From positions 15,224 through 79,223 of the forward strand of contig JAZSQL010000054.1 in NCBI GenBank assembly GCA_045537965.1: a stretch of 64,000 nucleotides of DNA, written 5' to 3'. The DNA is from Alphaproteobacteria bacterium. GTDB taxonomy: Bacteria > Pseudomonadota > Alphaproteobacteria > RF32 > CAG-239. Shown here one piece after another: positions 22,001 through 31,231 of the stretch (position 1 is the first letter of the stretch; the number at the start of each line of letters is the position of its first letter). The notes under the pieces were generated by a model, which did no database searches, was not told the DNA's origin, and was given only the letters and a program-made list of their open reading frames with translations. Both the position numbers and the translations under genes were made by a program.

Positions 22001-22645
22001 TGGATTTTAGGTGGTGATGGTTGGGCTTACGATATTGGTTTTGGTGGTCTTGATCATGCTATTGCTTCTGGCAAAAACATCAACATTATGGTAATGGATA
22101 CAGGTGTTTACTCAAATACTGGTGGTCAGCAATCAAAAGCAACTCCAATGGGTGCTTCTGCTAAATTTGCTACTGCAGGTAAAGCAATTCCTAAGAAAGA
22201 TTTGGGCATGATAGCTATGTCTTATGGTAATGTTTATGTTGCTCAAGTTTCAATTGGAGCTAATGATAGCCAAGTAATCAAAGCCTTAAATGAGGCTGAA
22301 GCATATGATGGTCCATCATTGATTATCGCTTATTCTCACTGTATCGCTCAAGGTTTCAACTTGATTGACGGTTTGTCTCACCAAAAAGCCGCTGTTGAAT
22401 CTGGTTCTTGGCCTTTGTACCGTTACAATCCTGAAAACGTTAAAGAAGGTAAAGCTCCATTGAGCCTTGACTCAAAAGCTCCAACCAAACCATTAGCTGA
22501 ATACATGGCTAATGAAACACGCTTCCAGATTGTCAACAAACAAAATCCAGAGCGTTATGAAACTCTTGTAAACAAAGCTCAAGAAAACGTTAATGAAAAA
22601 CGTTCACTTCTTGAACATATGGCTGAATTCAAAGTTGCTGAATAA
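19085..22645 (+). CDS. nifJ: Pyruvate:ferredoxin (flavodoxin) oxidoreductase, single-polypeptide PFOR
   Basis: 1186 aa. N-terminal MDGNEAAA..IYPITPSS. Two 4Fe-4S ferredoxin motifs (CIQCGKCSLVCP, CTGCGICTSACP). TPP-binding GDGW..DIG motif. AAGGATG RBS upstream. Confidence 0.95.
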   Translation: MSEVKMKMMDGNEAAASVAHRMNEVCVIYPITPSSPMGEWADAWSAAKQKNLWGVIPEVQEMQSEAGAAGACHGSVQAGALTTTFTASQGLLLMIPNMYKIAGELSPFVMHVAARSLAYHALSIFGDHSDVMSCRQTGFAMLASNSVQEAHDFAAIAQTSTLRSRVPFMHFFDGFRTSHEIKKIKLLSDDDLRAMLEGVDYTFNAKNALRPEAPVLRGTAQNPDVFFQGREACNKFYNAVEGIVQEEMDKFAKISGRKYNVVDYVGPEDAEQVIVIMGSGAETVEEAIAYLNNNGYKVGLLKVRLYRPFPEKSFLKALPKSVKVVNVLDRTKESGSIGEPLYLDVVATLTQAFANGEIANMPRVFGGRYGLSSKEFTPGMVRAVYDNGASMKPINGFAVGINDDVNNTSLPYNDDIDTEGKDVIRAVFYGLGADGTVGANKNSIKIIAEDAGKYGQGYFVYDSRKSGSMTTSHLRFSDNPIKAAYLINKADFVACHQFPFMAKVDILKIAKPGATFLLNAPYSADEVWNHLPREVQQEIISKKLEFYTINAVEVARETGMGQRINTIMQACFFAISNILPKDEAIAQIKNAIKKTYSKKGDAIVQKNFVAVDASLEHLHKVNYPNEVTSTFNRLLPVPADAPEFIRKVTGEIIADRGNELPVSAFNDVVDGTWPTGTTQFEKRCIATEIPVWDAESCIQCGKCSLVCPHGVIRMKVASEAELASAPATLKSAPYKGKEFADKRFILQISPEDCTGCGICTSACPAKNKANPELKAINMDHIENHLDAEKANWKFFETLPYVKRTEVVKNLPKTTQMIQPLFEFSGACAGCGETPYVKLLTQLFGDRMVVANATGCSSIYSGNLPTTPYAKDEKGHGPAWANSLFEDNAEFGLGMRFSIDQQTSFAKQLLEGLKDKVGVELTEKLLNNPQSNDVEIDEQRGLVAELRTKLTSINSAEAKHLDKLADYLIKKSVWILGGDGWAYDIGFGGLDHAIASGKNINIMVMDTGVYSNTGGQQSKATPMGASAKFATAGKAIPKKDLGMIAMSYGNVYVAQVSIGANDSQVIKALNEAEAYDGPSLIIAYSHCIAQGFNLIDGLSHQKAAVESGSWPLYRYNPENVKEGKAPLSLDSKAPTKPLAEYMANETRFQIVNKQNPERYETLVNKAQENVNEKRSLLEHMAEFKVAE

Positions 22646-22664
22646 CGCTTTGTTTTAGCTAATT

Positions 22665-22698
22665 AAAACTCTCCAATCGCTGATTGGAGAGTTTTTTA
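22665..22698 (+). terminator. Rho-independent terminator of the PFOR gene
   Basis: 12-bp stem aactctccaatc/gattggagagtt followed by TTTTTT. Confidence 0.8.
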
Positions 22699-22705
22699 TA
22701 ATTAT

Positions 22706-22745
22706 CAACAAAAACCCTCGTACTTATAAAAGTACAAGGGTTTTC
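22706..22745 (-). terminator. Rho-independent terminator for the convergent minus-strand gene
   Basis: Hairpin accctcgtactt/aagtacaagggt; on the minus strand it is followed by a T-run. Confidence 0.65.
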
Positions 22746-22759
22746 GTTAAAAGAAAACA

Positions 22760-23734
22760 CTACTTAATAATTAAGCCACGTTTAGGAAAACTTTTACGTA
22801 TCCTTTTTAACAAAATTTTAGTTTGTTCATCAAAATTTCCATTTTTCTGAAAAATACGTAGCTCTTTTCGTCTTGCGGCTGCATTTGCTAAACCGATATT
22901 ACAATCAAGTCGCAAAAATTTCCACATATCAGCAGTATTAAAAAATGCGCTATATCCTCTCAAAAGCAAATCCTTAACCCAAGCCATTTCTGGTCGAGCA
23001 AACTTCTTTTCAATTGGAAGCTCTATTCTTTCTTGAGGTCTATAAATCTGCGCGATAACTACATTAGCCAATAATTTATCGACAGCATACGTTTGAGGTG
23101 AAAATACCTCAACATCAAACAATCTTGCCGAAAAATCAAGTCGCGGCACTTCGAAAAAAATAAAATCAATGTGCGGCAACATTTTAGGCAACGTCTGAGC
23201 AGCAAGAAGAGATAGCCCAACTCCTGTAATAACCAAAACTTTAGGCTTAGTCTTACATGGAATACTTCTAATTACTTGATTAATATCCCATATAATCTCC
23301 CGACTTGTTTGACCATAGGCTTGCTGATGATTCTTCAGAACCCAATCTTTAGAAAAACCAAGTTCTATCATACCATTCTCAAACCATTGAGCATTAGGAA
23401 TTTTTTGATTAAAACTCCCTTGCAGATTTCCTACCGTAACAAATTCAGGATATTTACCGTATTTATCACGATAGCGAACAGCAATTTCAGCAGCATAATC
23501 TAACGCTCTAGGACTTTCCCCAAAAACCAACATAATATCAGCTTCTGGAATGCTATCCATAGCAAATGAATGAACTTTGGAGTTATCCTCGCTCACAAAC
23601 CTAGAAAAATTACCACCACCATTCTTATGATCATTTTGAATCACATCAAGTAATGACAATGGATTATTTTCATTATAGGTGCACCAATCCTCCATAAGTA
23701 TCAAATGACGACAATCTTCTCTTGATAGAATCAT
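22760..23734 (-). CDS. Hypothetical protein, paralog of the adjacent upstream gene
   Basis: 324-aa ORF. Shares the LV.G...RA...AA...Y..G.YP and LANVV motifs with the 23731-24639 product. Its start overlaps that gene's stop (ATGA). Confidence 0.55.
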   Translation of the reverse strand: MILSREDCRHLILMEDWCTYNENNPLSLLDVIQNDHKNGGGNFSRFVSEDNSKVHSFAMDSIPEADIMLVFGESPRALDYAAEIAVRYRDKYGKYPEFVTVGNLQGSFNQKIPNAQWFENGMIELGFSKDWVLKNHQQAYGQTSREIIWDINQVIRSIPCKTKPKVLVITGVGLSLLAAQTLPKMLPHIDFIFFEVPRLDFSARLFDVEVFSPQTYAVDKLLANVVIAQIYRPQERIELPIEKKFARPEMAWVKDLLLRGYSAFFNTADMWKFLRLDCNIGLANAAARRKELRIFQKNGNFDEQTKILLKRIRKSFPKRGLIIK

Positions 23735-24639
23735 AATCCTAGTTGATCTTTATATTGGACAATCAGTTTTCTAACTTGAGCTCGAACATAAGCGCAGGTA
23801 TCTTTGCTAAACCACGGGAAATCCTGTAGTCTATCACAAAGAAGCTGAAACACATCCCCCTCTTGCAAACCAAAACCTTCAAAATTGTGATTTTTGTTCA
23901 CTCCTAAGACATACCCTTTGACTGCTACTTTATAAATAAACCTAGCATCAAGAGCATATGCCCTTACATCCTTGGGTAAATGACATCTTTTTTCGCCCCA
24001 TCCTTCAAAAGCTTTTACTACATTTGCAAGCATCAAATCTATTGCAAAACCATTAGGTCCCACAATTTCCGCCTCAAAAATTCTATCTTCCTCTGCAATA
24101 AAAGGATTTTCATAAAAAGACCAATTAATTTTCGGAAAATAGAAAAACAGTTCTTGAGCCACATTCAGCGAATATCCTCTAGACGAGAAAACCGCAACCT
24201 TTTTCAAACATTCTTTTGGTGTAAAAACTTCCGCCAATCCGTTTATCACACCAGCCTCAAAACTAGGATTATACTTATTTACAACATCCTTAGGGACGCC
24301 TAAAGAGTGTAAAATAAGTTTAAGCCAAAACTCTGTTCTATAACCATAATTAATATGTAGCGAAGAACAAAACGCTGGAGTACAAATCAAATTCGGATAT
24401 ACCCCAAAACGTTGATAAAAATTGTGTAAAAATACTGCTGCTTCTGCGGCGGCTCTAAAATTATCACCCACCACCAAAACAGCATCTACAGGCTTAAGCC
24501 CTCCATAAATTGAAATAGATGGAACAGCTCTTAGCTTACCAGATTTTTCAATCTTCAAATTGCTAAATGTTAGCCATGTCTCACTGCCAAGCAGCTCTCT
24601 GTGTTTGTACACAGAAATTTCTCTACCTTTCTTTGCCAT
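23731..24639 (-). CDS. Hypothetical protein, paralog of the 22760-23734 product
   Basis: 302-aa ORF that is tandem and co-oriented with its paralog. No family is recognisable from sequence alone. Confidence 0.55.
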   Translation of the reverse strand: MAKKGREISVYKHRELLGSETWLTFSNLKIEKSGKLRAVPSISIYGGLKPVDAVLVVGDNFRAAAEAAVFLHNFYQRFGVYPNLICTPAFCSSLHINYGYRTEFWLKLILHSLGVPKDVVNKYNPSFEAGVINGLAEVFTPKECLKKVAVFSSRGYSLNVAQELFFYFPKINWSFYENPFIAEEDRIFEAEIVGPNGFAIDLMLANVVKAFEGWGEKRCHLPKDVRAYALDARFIYKVAVKGYVLGVNKNHNFEGFGLQEGDVFQLLCDRLQDFPWFSKDTCAYVRAQVRKLIVQYKDQLGL

Positions 24640-24784
24640 AAGCTTTTATTTTTTAAAATTAAACATAGGGAATTCATAATTATTAACTGGCATCTTTAAT
24701 ACAACACCTTTAGACAAAAATCAAGACAAAAATATTGTCATATAAACAAAACATGCCTACAATCTACAACAAGACAAATATAAA

Positions 24785-25477
24785 ATGCATATAATTATGA
24801 AAAAACTAGAATTTTTACCTCCTGATGCTATCGTGCAAAATGAGGCTGAAGCACAAAAGAAAGTTTTAGATGGTATCAAGCTTAAATTAACATTCAAACC
24901 ATACCTTATAACTTTTTCCAATAACAATAATGATGATACAAGTGTCGCCTTTTGTTGGAGAAGTTTATTAGCTGATAAAAAATCAGAAATAATGATTTTT
25001 GCATTTGAAGATGATTTAAACTTAATGAAAGATTTCGACAATTACGAATACATTCCTCTTTCTCAGGAAAGTACGTTTATAATTGAAGACAGAATCTTTA
25101 CTATCAAACATTCTCACAAAGGTTATGAACTTATGGAGTTGCCATATGTTTACTCTGAACAACAAGCAAAATCTATCGCTCGCGTTATAAATGCTGATTC
25201 GAATCTTGTTTGGGATATATGTCTAGCTCACTGTGAAAATGAACCTTTATGTTACGTATGGTACGGAAAGTCCAATATCGATGAAAGCAAAAGCTTTTAT
25301 ATTCCCGTATTTCCAGAAGATGTCGATAAAATAAATTACTTAGACTATCTTGGTTTCATAAACAAAAACAAACCTATCATTAATGAAAAAATGATTTACG
25401 AATTTGTTTATGATAAAACCGCTGGGTTAGTAATTAAAAGACTTTGTCCTATGCTAAATGATGGTCCGCATTCTTGA
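24785..25477 (+). CDS. Hypothetical protein
   Basis: 230-aa ORF ending inside a strong terminator hairpin. No recognisable motifs. Confidence 0.45.
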   Translation: MHIIMKKLEFLPPDAIVQNEAEAQKKVLDGIKLKLTFKPYLITFSNNNNDDTSVAFCWRSLLADKKSEIMIFAFEDDLNLMKDFDNYEYIPLSQESTFIIEDRIFTIKHSHKGYELMELPYVYSEQQAKSIARVINADSNLVWDICLAHCENEPLCYVWYGKSNIDESKSFYIPVFPEDVDKINYLDYLGFINKNKPIINEKMIYEFVYDKTAGLVIKRLCPMLNDGPHS

Positions 25478-25502
25478 TATCAAGATGCGGACCTCATTTT
25501 TT
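25463..25502. terminator. Bidirectional terminator between convergent genes
   Basis: Perfect 9-bp stem ggtccgcat/atgcggacc followed by TTTTTT. It overlaps the TGA stop of the upstream gene. Confidence 0.75.
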
Positions 25503-26628
25503 ACTTCAACTTATCAGGATTCAATCCTTGCAACTCTTTAACTACAAAAATTCCATCTCTCCTTATCAATTTATCATCAAACCAAATCTCACCACCACCA
25601 TGCACCTTGTCTTGTATTAAAACTAAATCCCAATGCACACTAGATCTATTTCCATTAAATGTTTCATCATTATAAGAATTACCGATTGCCATATGAAGAG
25701 AACAAGCTATTTTCTCATCAAACAAAATATCCATCATTTCTTTTCTGATATAAGGGTTTACTCCAATAGCAAACTCACCCATATATTTAGCTCCTTCATC
25801 AACTGACAATTGTTTTTGCAATTTATCATTATTAGCTCTCGATTCTGCCTTTATAATTTTTCCATCTTTAAATTCTAAATATATGTTTGAATAATATACT
25901 CCTCCATACAAAGTATCTGTATTAAATTGAATGTATCCATTAATTGAATTTTTAACTGGCGCTGTATAAACCTCTCCATCTGGAATATTCATATTTCCAT
26001 CACAAACTACTGCTTTCAAATCTTTAATCGAAAATTCCAAATCAGTATTAATACCTTTAATTCTAACCTTGTCGGTTTTATCCATCAACTTCTTTAATGG
26101 TTGCATGGCTTTGCCCATTTTTTTATAATCAACCAAACAACAATCAAAGAAAAAATCTTCTAACGATTTTTTAGACATTTTTGATACTGCTGCCATCGTA
26201 TCATTTGGATACCTCATCACACACCACCGTGTATTAGGGATTCTAGCATCAAAATGCACCAGATTATAATAAATTTCATTGTAAGTTTTCATTTTAGCAG
26301 GAGAAACATCAGACATTGCGAACAAATCATCATATCCCCTAACTGCCACATAACAATCCATATCATCCATCAACGATTTGTGCCACTTTGCATATTGTTC
26401 AATCTGCTGTGGATTTGCATTATCTACCAAATTTTTAACAAATGAATTATCATTATACATATAAAATGGTACTGCTCCCATCTTTGTAGCAATTCTAATA
26501 AATTCATTGAATAAATCTTTAGTAGATTCGCTAAAGGCTTCAATATAAATTTTTTCACCTTTTTTAAGTTTAACTGAGTTTTTCAAAATATTTTCAGCAA
26601 GTTTTGTAATTCTATCATCTATCCTCAT
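25501..26628 (-). CDS. M29-family aminopeptidase (AmpS/PepS-like)
   Basis: N-terminus MRIDDRITKLAENILKNSVKLKKGEKIYIEA resembles thermophilic metalloprotease M29 family members. 375 aa. Confidence 0.7.
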   Translation of the reverse strand: MRIDDRITKLAENILKNSVKLKKGEKIYIEAFSESTKDLFNEFIRIATKMGAVPFYMYNDNSFVKNLVDNANPQQIEQYAKWHKSLMDDMDCYVAVRGYDDLFAMSDVSPAKMKTYNEIYYNLVHFDARIPNTRWCVMRYPNDTMAAVSKMSKKSLEDFFFDCCLVDYKKMGKAMQPLKKLMDKTDKVRIKGINTDLEFSIKDLKAVVCDGNMNIPDGEVYTAPVKNSINGYIQFNTDTLYGGVYYSNIYLEFKDGKIIKAESRANNDKLQKQLSVDEGAKYMGEFAIGVNPYIRKEMMDILFDEKIACSLHMAIGNSYNDETFNGNRSSVHWDLVLIQDKVHGGGEIWFDDKLIRRDGIFVVKELQGLNPDKLK

Positions 26629-26631
26629 AAC

Positions 26632-28077
26632 TCATAATCCTTTAATAAGCTCATTCAGCAACTTAACACCAAAACCTGATGCCAAACCATCTTTATTCAA
26701 TCTTAAACCACTCATATCAATATGAGCCCATTTAGTATCTTTTTCAATAAACTCCTGTAAAAAAGCCGACGATGCTACTGATGCACTTTCTCCAACTGGT
26801 AAATTTTTTAAATCGGCAATTTTAGAACTCAACATCTTTTTATATCTATTATCTAAAGGCATTTGCCACAATTTTTCCCCACTCAGATTACCAGACTCTA
26901 TCAAATCTTCTACTAACTCTTCATCATTTGAAAAAACAGCTGCATAAACATTACCTAACGTAGTTTTGAGCGATCCAAAAGTTGCAATATCAACCAATTT
27001 TGCTATTTTATAATTATTTTGCAAATAAGATAAACAATCTGCCACCACTAAACGTCCTTCAGCATCTGCATTAACAACTTCAACTGTTTTTCCTTTAAAT
27101 GAAGTATAAACGTCACCTATTTTCATAGCTGTTGCACTCGGAATATTTTCAACCAAACCAACAACGGCCACCAAATTTTTACGTACCCTTTGTAATGCTG
27201 CCACTTTCATTGAGGCAACAACCGCTGCAGCTCCAGCCATATCCATTTTCATTTCTATCATACCTTGATTCGACTTCAAACTCAAACCGCCTGCATCGAA
27301 ACAAACTCCTTTGCCAATCAAACCAAGATCATAATCTTTTTTATCTCTATTACCAATCCAACGCATCACAACAACATAAGGCTTATTGTCACTTCCTTTT
27401 CCAACAGCATCAATCAAACCTAAACCATTAAGTCTAATTTGTTCACTATCTAACACATCTATATCAAGTCCCAGATAAGTGAGTCTTTTTATATCAGAAG
27501 CAAAAACTTCTGGCGTCAAATAACTAGCAGGTTCATTACATAAATCTTTACAATATCTAACACCATTAACCATAGCAACATAAGGTTTAAAATGCTCTGT
27601 TGCTTCTTTTTCATTTTCTACTCGTAAAATTATTCTTTCCAATTTAGTATATTCTTCAACCCTTTTTTCTGTTTTATATTTATCAAAACTATACGAACCC
27701 AACAAAACACCATAAGCCAAATTCAAAGCTATATCTTCACTTTCTACAGCAATATAAGCACTTTCAACATCAAACAAATTTTCAAAAAGAAACTGCCCTA
27801 CATCACGAATTGCTAAAATATCATTTTTCTTACCTAAACCAAATAATATTATTTTTTCACGAGCACCATACACCACACAAACCTGATTAGCTTTTCCTTC
27901 AAAACCAGACTGTAAAATAGCACTTTCTACTAATTTAATTTCATTTGCTGTTAAAAAATCTATTGCAGTTTCTTGTCCCTCAAACATTGCAATTACCTTG
28001 ACAACATTTTGAGGCTTATCATTCGTAAAAATAACCTCTAACATATCAATAACACCCCTACTCCTAAGCATTATCAT
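26632..28077 (-). CDS. pepA: Leucyl aminopeptidase (M17)
   Basis: M17 signature NADAEGRLVVAD and the conserved catalytic region. 481 aa. Confidence 0.9.
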   Translation of the reverse strand: MIMLRSRGVIDMLEVIFTNDKPQNVVKVIAMFEGQETAIDFLTANEIKLVESAILQSGFEGKANQVCVVYGAREKIILFGLGKKNDILAIRDVGQFLFENLFDVESAYIAVESEDIALNLAYGVLLGSYSFDKYKTEKRVEEYTKLERIILRVENEKEATEHFKPYVAMVNGVRYCKDLCNEPASYLTPEVFASDIKRLTYLGLDIDVLDSEQIRLNGLGLIDAVGKGSDNKPYVVVMRWIGNRDKKDYDLGLIGKGVCFDAGGLSLKSNQGMIEMKMDMAGAAAVVASMKVAALQRVRKNLVAVVGLVENIPSATAMKIGDVYTSFKGKTVEVVNADAEGRLVVADCLSYLQNNYKIAKLVDIATFGSLKTTLGNVYAAVFSNDEELVEDLIESGNLSGEKLWQMPLDNRYKKMLSSKIADLKNLPVGESASVASSAFLQEFIEKDTKWAHIDMSGLRLNKDGLASGFGVKLLNELIKGL

Positions 28078-28205
28078 TTATATACACCAGTTTAAGTATT
28101 TTTTTATAAAATAAAACAAAAAAAACACTATCCTCATCAAATATTTTATGGACAAAAAACCAAATATATGCTATGTTTTGTCAAACAAGTTAAGAGGAAC
28201 TATTC

Positions 28206-29270
28206 TTGTCAAAACAAATAAAATATTTAATCAAAGCCATTACAGAAGAACTTAAAGAAAGTTCTGAACTTTCTCTATTGTTAAAAAGAATTACTCATAA
28301 GTACATTGCTCAACAAAAAGCATCTAAAAACAAAAGTAAAGATCGTGGTTATAAAAAAGGAAATAAAAAGCCTAAAAACCAACCCAACACATCTACTAAA
28401 AGTCAAGATAAAAATAGAATTAGGCAAATTGTTGAAAAACATCATATTGGTATTCCTCATATTAAGATAGCTAATCAACCAAGACTCTCTGAAGAACAGA
28501 AACTAATCATAAACTGGGATTTTGAAGGTATCAACATCCACAAAGATACACTCATGCTATCAACATACTTTCAAAATGCTCTGCAAATTTCAGAAAATTA
28601 TGATGTTGGCAATCGTTATGATATAAAAGAATACGATTTAACCCAAATCCCAATTTGGAACGAAATGAAAAAATTTAAGAGCTTTCAAACAATATATCAT
28701 CCTATCTGCCAACAACTTTCAAATATAGGATACCCTCCTGAAAATTTAAATTTACTTAATATTTATGACGTTGCTTACCTCATAAAAAAACACAACAAAT
28801 CTACCCCCTCTTACAAAACCATGACTTGCCAACGTACAAAATTCTTAAAAATGTTTGCGGCATGCTATAGCGATGAATTTATTTCAAAAGAACGACTACT
28901 AGGACGTGAAGAAACAGCTAAAAATTTTATCGAATATATTAGTATTCTTGATACCGACAAAGAAGTATCAGATAGTCGCTGGGAAGCATCATTACATTCT
29001 GCTTCCCTTTACAATGTACATCATAAGAAAAATCGCCAATTTGCAATTGAACTTGATGAGTACCATCAGATAAATGATTTTGCTAATCTTACTCTTTGCT
29101 ACGCTGAACCATATCACAGAATTTTACACACCCCTCAGGAAATTGATTTAAACACGAATATTGTTTATTTGGGCGGTCTTAGAAAAGAATTTCAAGTTAT
29201 TCGCGACCCTGAAAAAGAACGTCAATATCTAAGAGGAAACGTCAGAATAACTAAGAAGGAACGAGAATAA
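28206..29270 (+). CDS. Hypothetical protein with a Lys-rich basic N-terminal region (TTG start per ORF track)
   Basis: 354-aa ORF lying first in an apparent operon with the next two genes. Confidence 0.45.
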   Translation: MSKQIKYLIKAITEELKESSELSLLLKRITHKYIAQQKASKNKSKDRGYKKGNKKPKNQPNTSTKSQDKNRIRQIVEKHHIGIPHIKIANQPRLSEEQKLIINWDFEGINIHKDTLMLSTYFQNALQISENYDVGNRYDIKEYDLTQIPIWNEMKKFKSFQTIYHPICQQLSNIGYPPENLNLLNIYDVAYLIKKHNKSTPSYKTMTCQRTKFLKMFAACYSDEFISKERLLGREETAKNFIEYISILDTDKEVSDSRWEASLHSASLYNVHHKKNRQFAIELDEYHQINDFANLTLCYAEPYHRILHTPQEIDLNTNIVYLGGLRKEFQVIRDPEKERQYLRGNVRITKKERE

Positions 29271-29687
29271 ATGGATACACTACTAAAAGAGATAAATTCT
29301 TTGCGATGTGGTTTTATCGGCACTCCTCTTACAGATGCGGATATTGATTTATTTCAAAAAGAATTATCTGAAAGCGGTTTTAACACACTTCCTGAAATAG
29401 TTATAACTTTTCTAAAACATTATAATGGTTTTCTACTAGAAAATCGCTGTTTTTGGGGAATTAATACCAACGAACATTATACTAATGATATTCTTGGTGA
29501 AAATGCTATTGCTCAAAATCCTCAACCAAACAATCTACTGTTGCTCGGTTCTACAGAAACAACTTATATCGGTTGGTTCAAATCAACTAACTGTTATTCA
29601 ATGATTGACAAAAGCGATTTTATAGTGCTACATAACTTCAATAATTTTCAAAATGCTGTGCGATACATACTAAAAATTGATGACTAA
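29271..29687 (+). CDS. Hypothetical protein
   Basis: 138-aa ORF translationally coupled to its flanking genes by overlap. Confidence 0.45.
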   Translation: MDTLLKEINSLRCGFIGTPLTDADIDLFQKELSESGFNTLPEIVITFLKHYNGFLLENRCFWGINTNEHYTNDILGENAIAQNPQPNNLLLLGSTETTYIGWFKSTNCYSMIDKSDFIVLHNFNNFQNAVRYILKIDD

Positions 29688-30630
29688 TATTTTTACATAT
29701 TCTAATTCAACACTTCAACAAGCTGCCGAAATAATAAAAAGTGGTGGACTTGTAGCATTTCCAACCGAAACTGTATATGGTCTTGGAGCAAATGCTTTTA
29801 ATAACCAAGCTGTTGCTAACATTTTTGCAGTTAAAGGTCGCCCTAACTTTAACCCTTTAATATCTCACATTGCGGAAATTGAAACCTTATTTGACTTAGT
29901 TCAAATTGATGAACGTGTAATCGCTCTAGCTAAACAATTTTGGCCAGGTCCGCTTACATTTGTACTAAAACGCAAAGAACAAAACAAATCTCTTGATTTA
30001 GTATGCGCAGGCCTACCAACCATGACTATAAGAATGCCCAACCATCCTATTGCCTTAGATTTAATAAGAAGTGCTAACGTTCCTATCGCTGCTCCCTCAG
30101 CCAATCGCTCTCAAACAATATCCCCAACTACAGCACGTCATGTTTTTGAAAGTTTAGGACACAAAGTAAATATGATACTAGATGGTGGGTTTTGTAAAGT
30201 TGGTGTTGAATCAACTATTATTGACCTAACTACAAGCAAAACTGTTCTACTTAGAGCAGGTGGCTTAGCTAAAGAAGACATAGAGAAATTTTTAAATGAA
30301 GAAGTTTTACTATCTCAAGGCAACCCTAATCTTCCATCATCGCCAGGACAAATGCTAAAACACTACGCAGCTAAGCTCCCTACACGCATCAATGTAAAAC
30401 CTGAAGATAAAAAAGATAACGAATTTTATATTGGTTTTGGTAATATAGAATGTAACCTAAATCTAAGCCCAAGCAGCAACCTCATCGAAGCTGCTGCTAA
30501 CTTATTTGCCTATATGCATCTAGCCGAAGAACAATCAGAATATTCTTCTATCGCTATATCACCAATACCCCAAACAGGTTTAGGTCTTGCTATAAACGAC
30601 CGTATAAGGCGTGCATCATATTCAAAATAA
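29677..30630 (+). CDS. tsaC: L-threonylcarbamoyladenylate synthase (YrdC domain plus Sua5 C-terminal domain)
   Basis: YrdC motifs VAFPTETVYGLGANA and KGRP..PL..H, with a Sua5-type C-terminal extension. 317 aa. Confidence 0.88.
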   Translation: MMTNIFTYSNSTLQQAAEIIKSGGLVAFPTETVYGLGANAFNNQAVANIFAVKGRPNFNPLISHIAEIETLFDLVQIDERVIALAKQFWPGPLTFVLKRKEQNKSLDLVCAGLPTMTIRMPNHPIALDLIRSANVPIAAPSANRSQTISPTTARHVFESLGHKVNMILDGGFCKVGVESTIIDLTTSKTVLLRAGGLAKEDIEKFLNEEVLLSQGNPNLPSSPGQMLKHYAAKLPTRINVKPEDKKDNEFYIGFGNIECNLNLSPSSNLIEAAANLFAYMHLAEEQSEYSSIAISPIPQTGLGLAINDRIRRASYSK

Positions 30631-30632
30631 AA

Positions 30633-31172
30633 TTATCTTCTATCAATTATAATCTGATACATATTTTTCGACATATAATATTCTGCTAACTGTAAAATTC
30701 CAAACATTACAGCGTACAATCCCACCACAGTGGAAATGGTAATTGCTCCAACCAAAGGATATGCCAAAATAATTAAGCCAAAAACAATACCTATTATTCC
30801 CATCAATACAGACCAACCCCAAGGAAGTTCATAGCGCTTTAGTTCAAAAGCCCCTATCAACTGAACAACACCAACAGTTAAACTCCACAAAGCTAAAATT
30901 ACTGGTAAACTTGCTGCCGTAATACCTAAATTTGCCATCAAAATTAAACCAACAACTAAATCTAGCGCACCTACCAATAAATACCAACCAGATCTAATCT
31001 CAATTGATGACATAACATAAAATGCACCAGCCAACACAAAACCAATACCAATATAAAAAGCTAATGCTAACATCGTCCCGAAGGGATTAAACCAAACAAA
31101 TCCTCCTAAAAACAACATAACAATCCCCGCAACGAGATTCCATTTGCTTCCTTTAAACCTTGCTGTAACCAT
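30633..31172 (-). CDS. HdeD/DUF308-like small membrane protein
   Basis: Repeated TM hairpins carrying Gly-rich GxxxLxxG motifs. Confidence 0.5.
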   Translation of the reverse strand: MVTARFKGSKWNLVAGIVMLFLGGFVWFNPFGTMLALAFYIGIGFVLAGAFYVMSSIEIRSGWYLLVGALDLVVGLILMANLGITAASLPVILALWSLTVGVVQLIGAFELKRYELPWGWSVLMGIIGIVFGLIILAYPLVGAITISTVVGLYAVMFGILQLAEYYMSKNMYQIIIDRR

Positions 31173-31231
31173 TTGCTAATCTCCTATATTAAATATTCCT
31201 TATTATAATATAAGAATAGCTATCATCTTTT

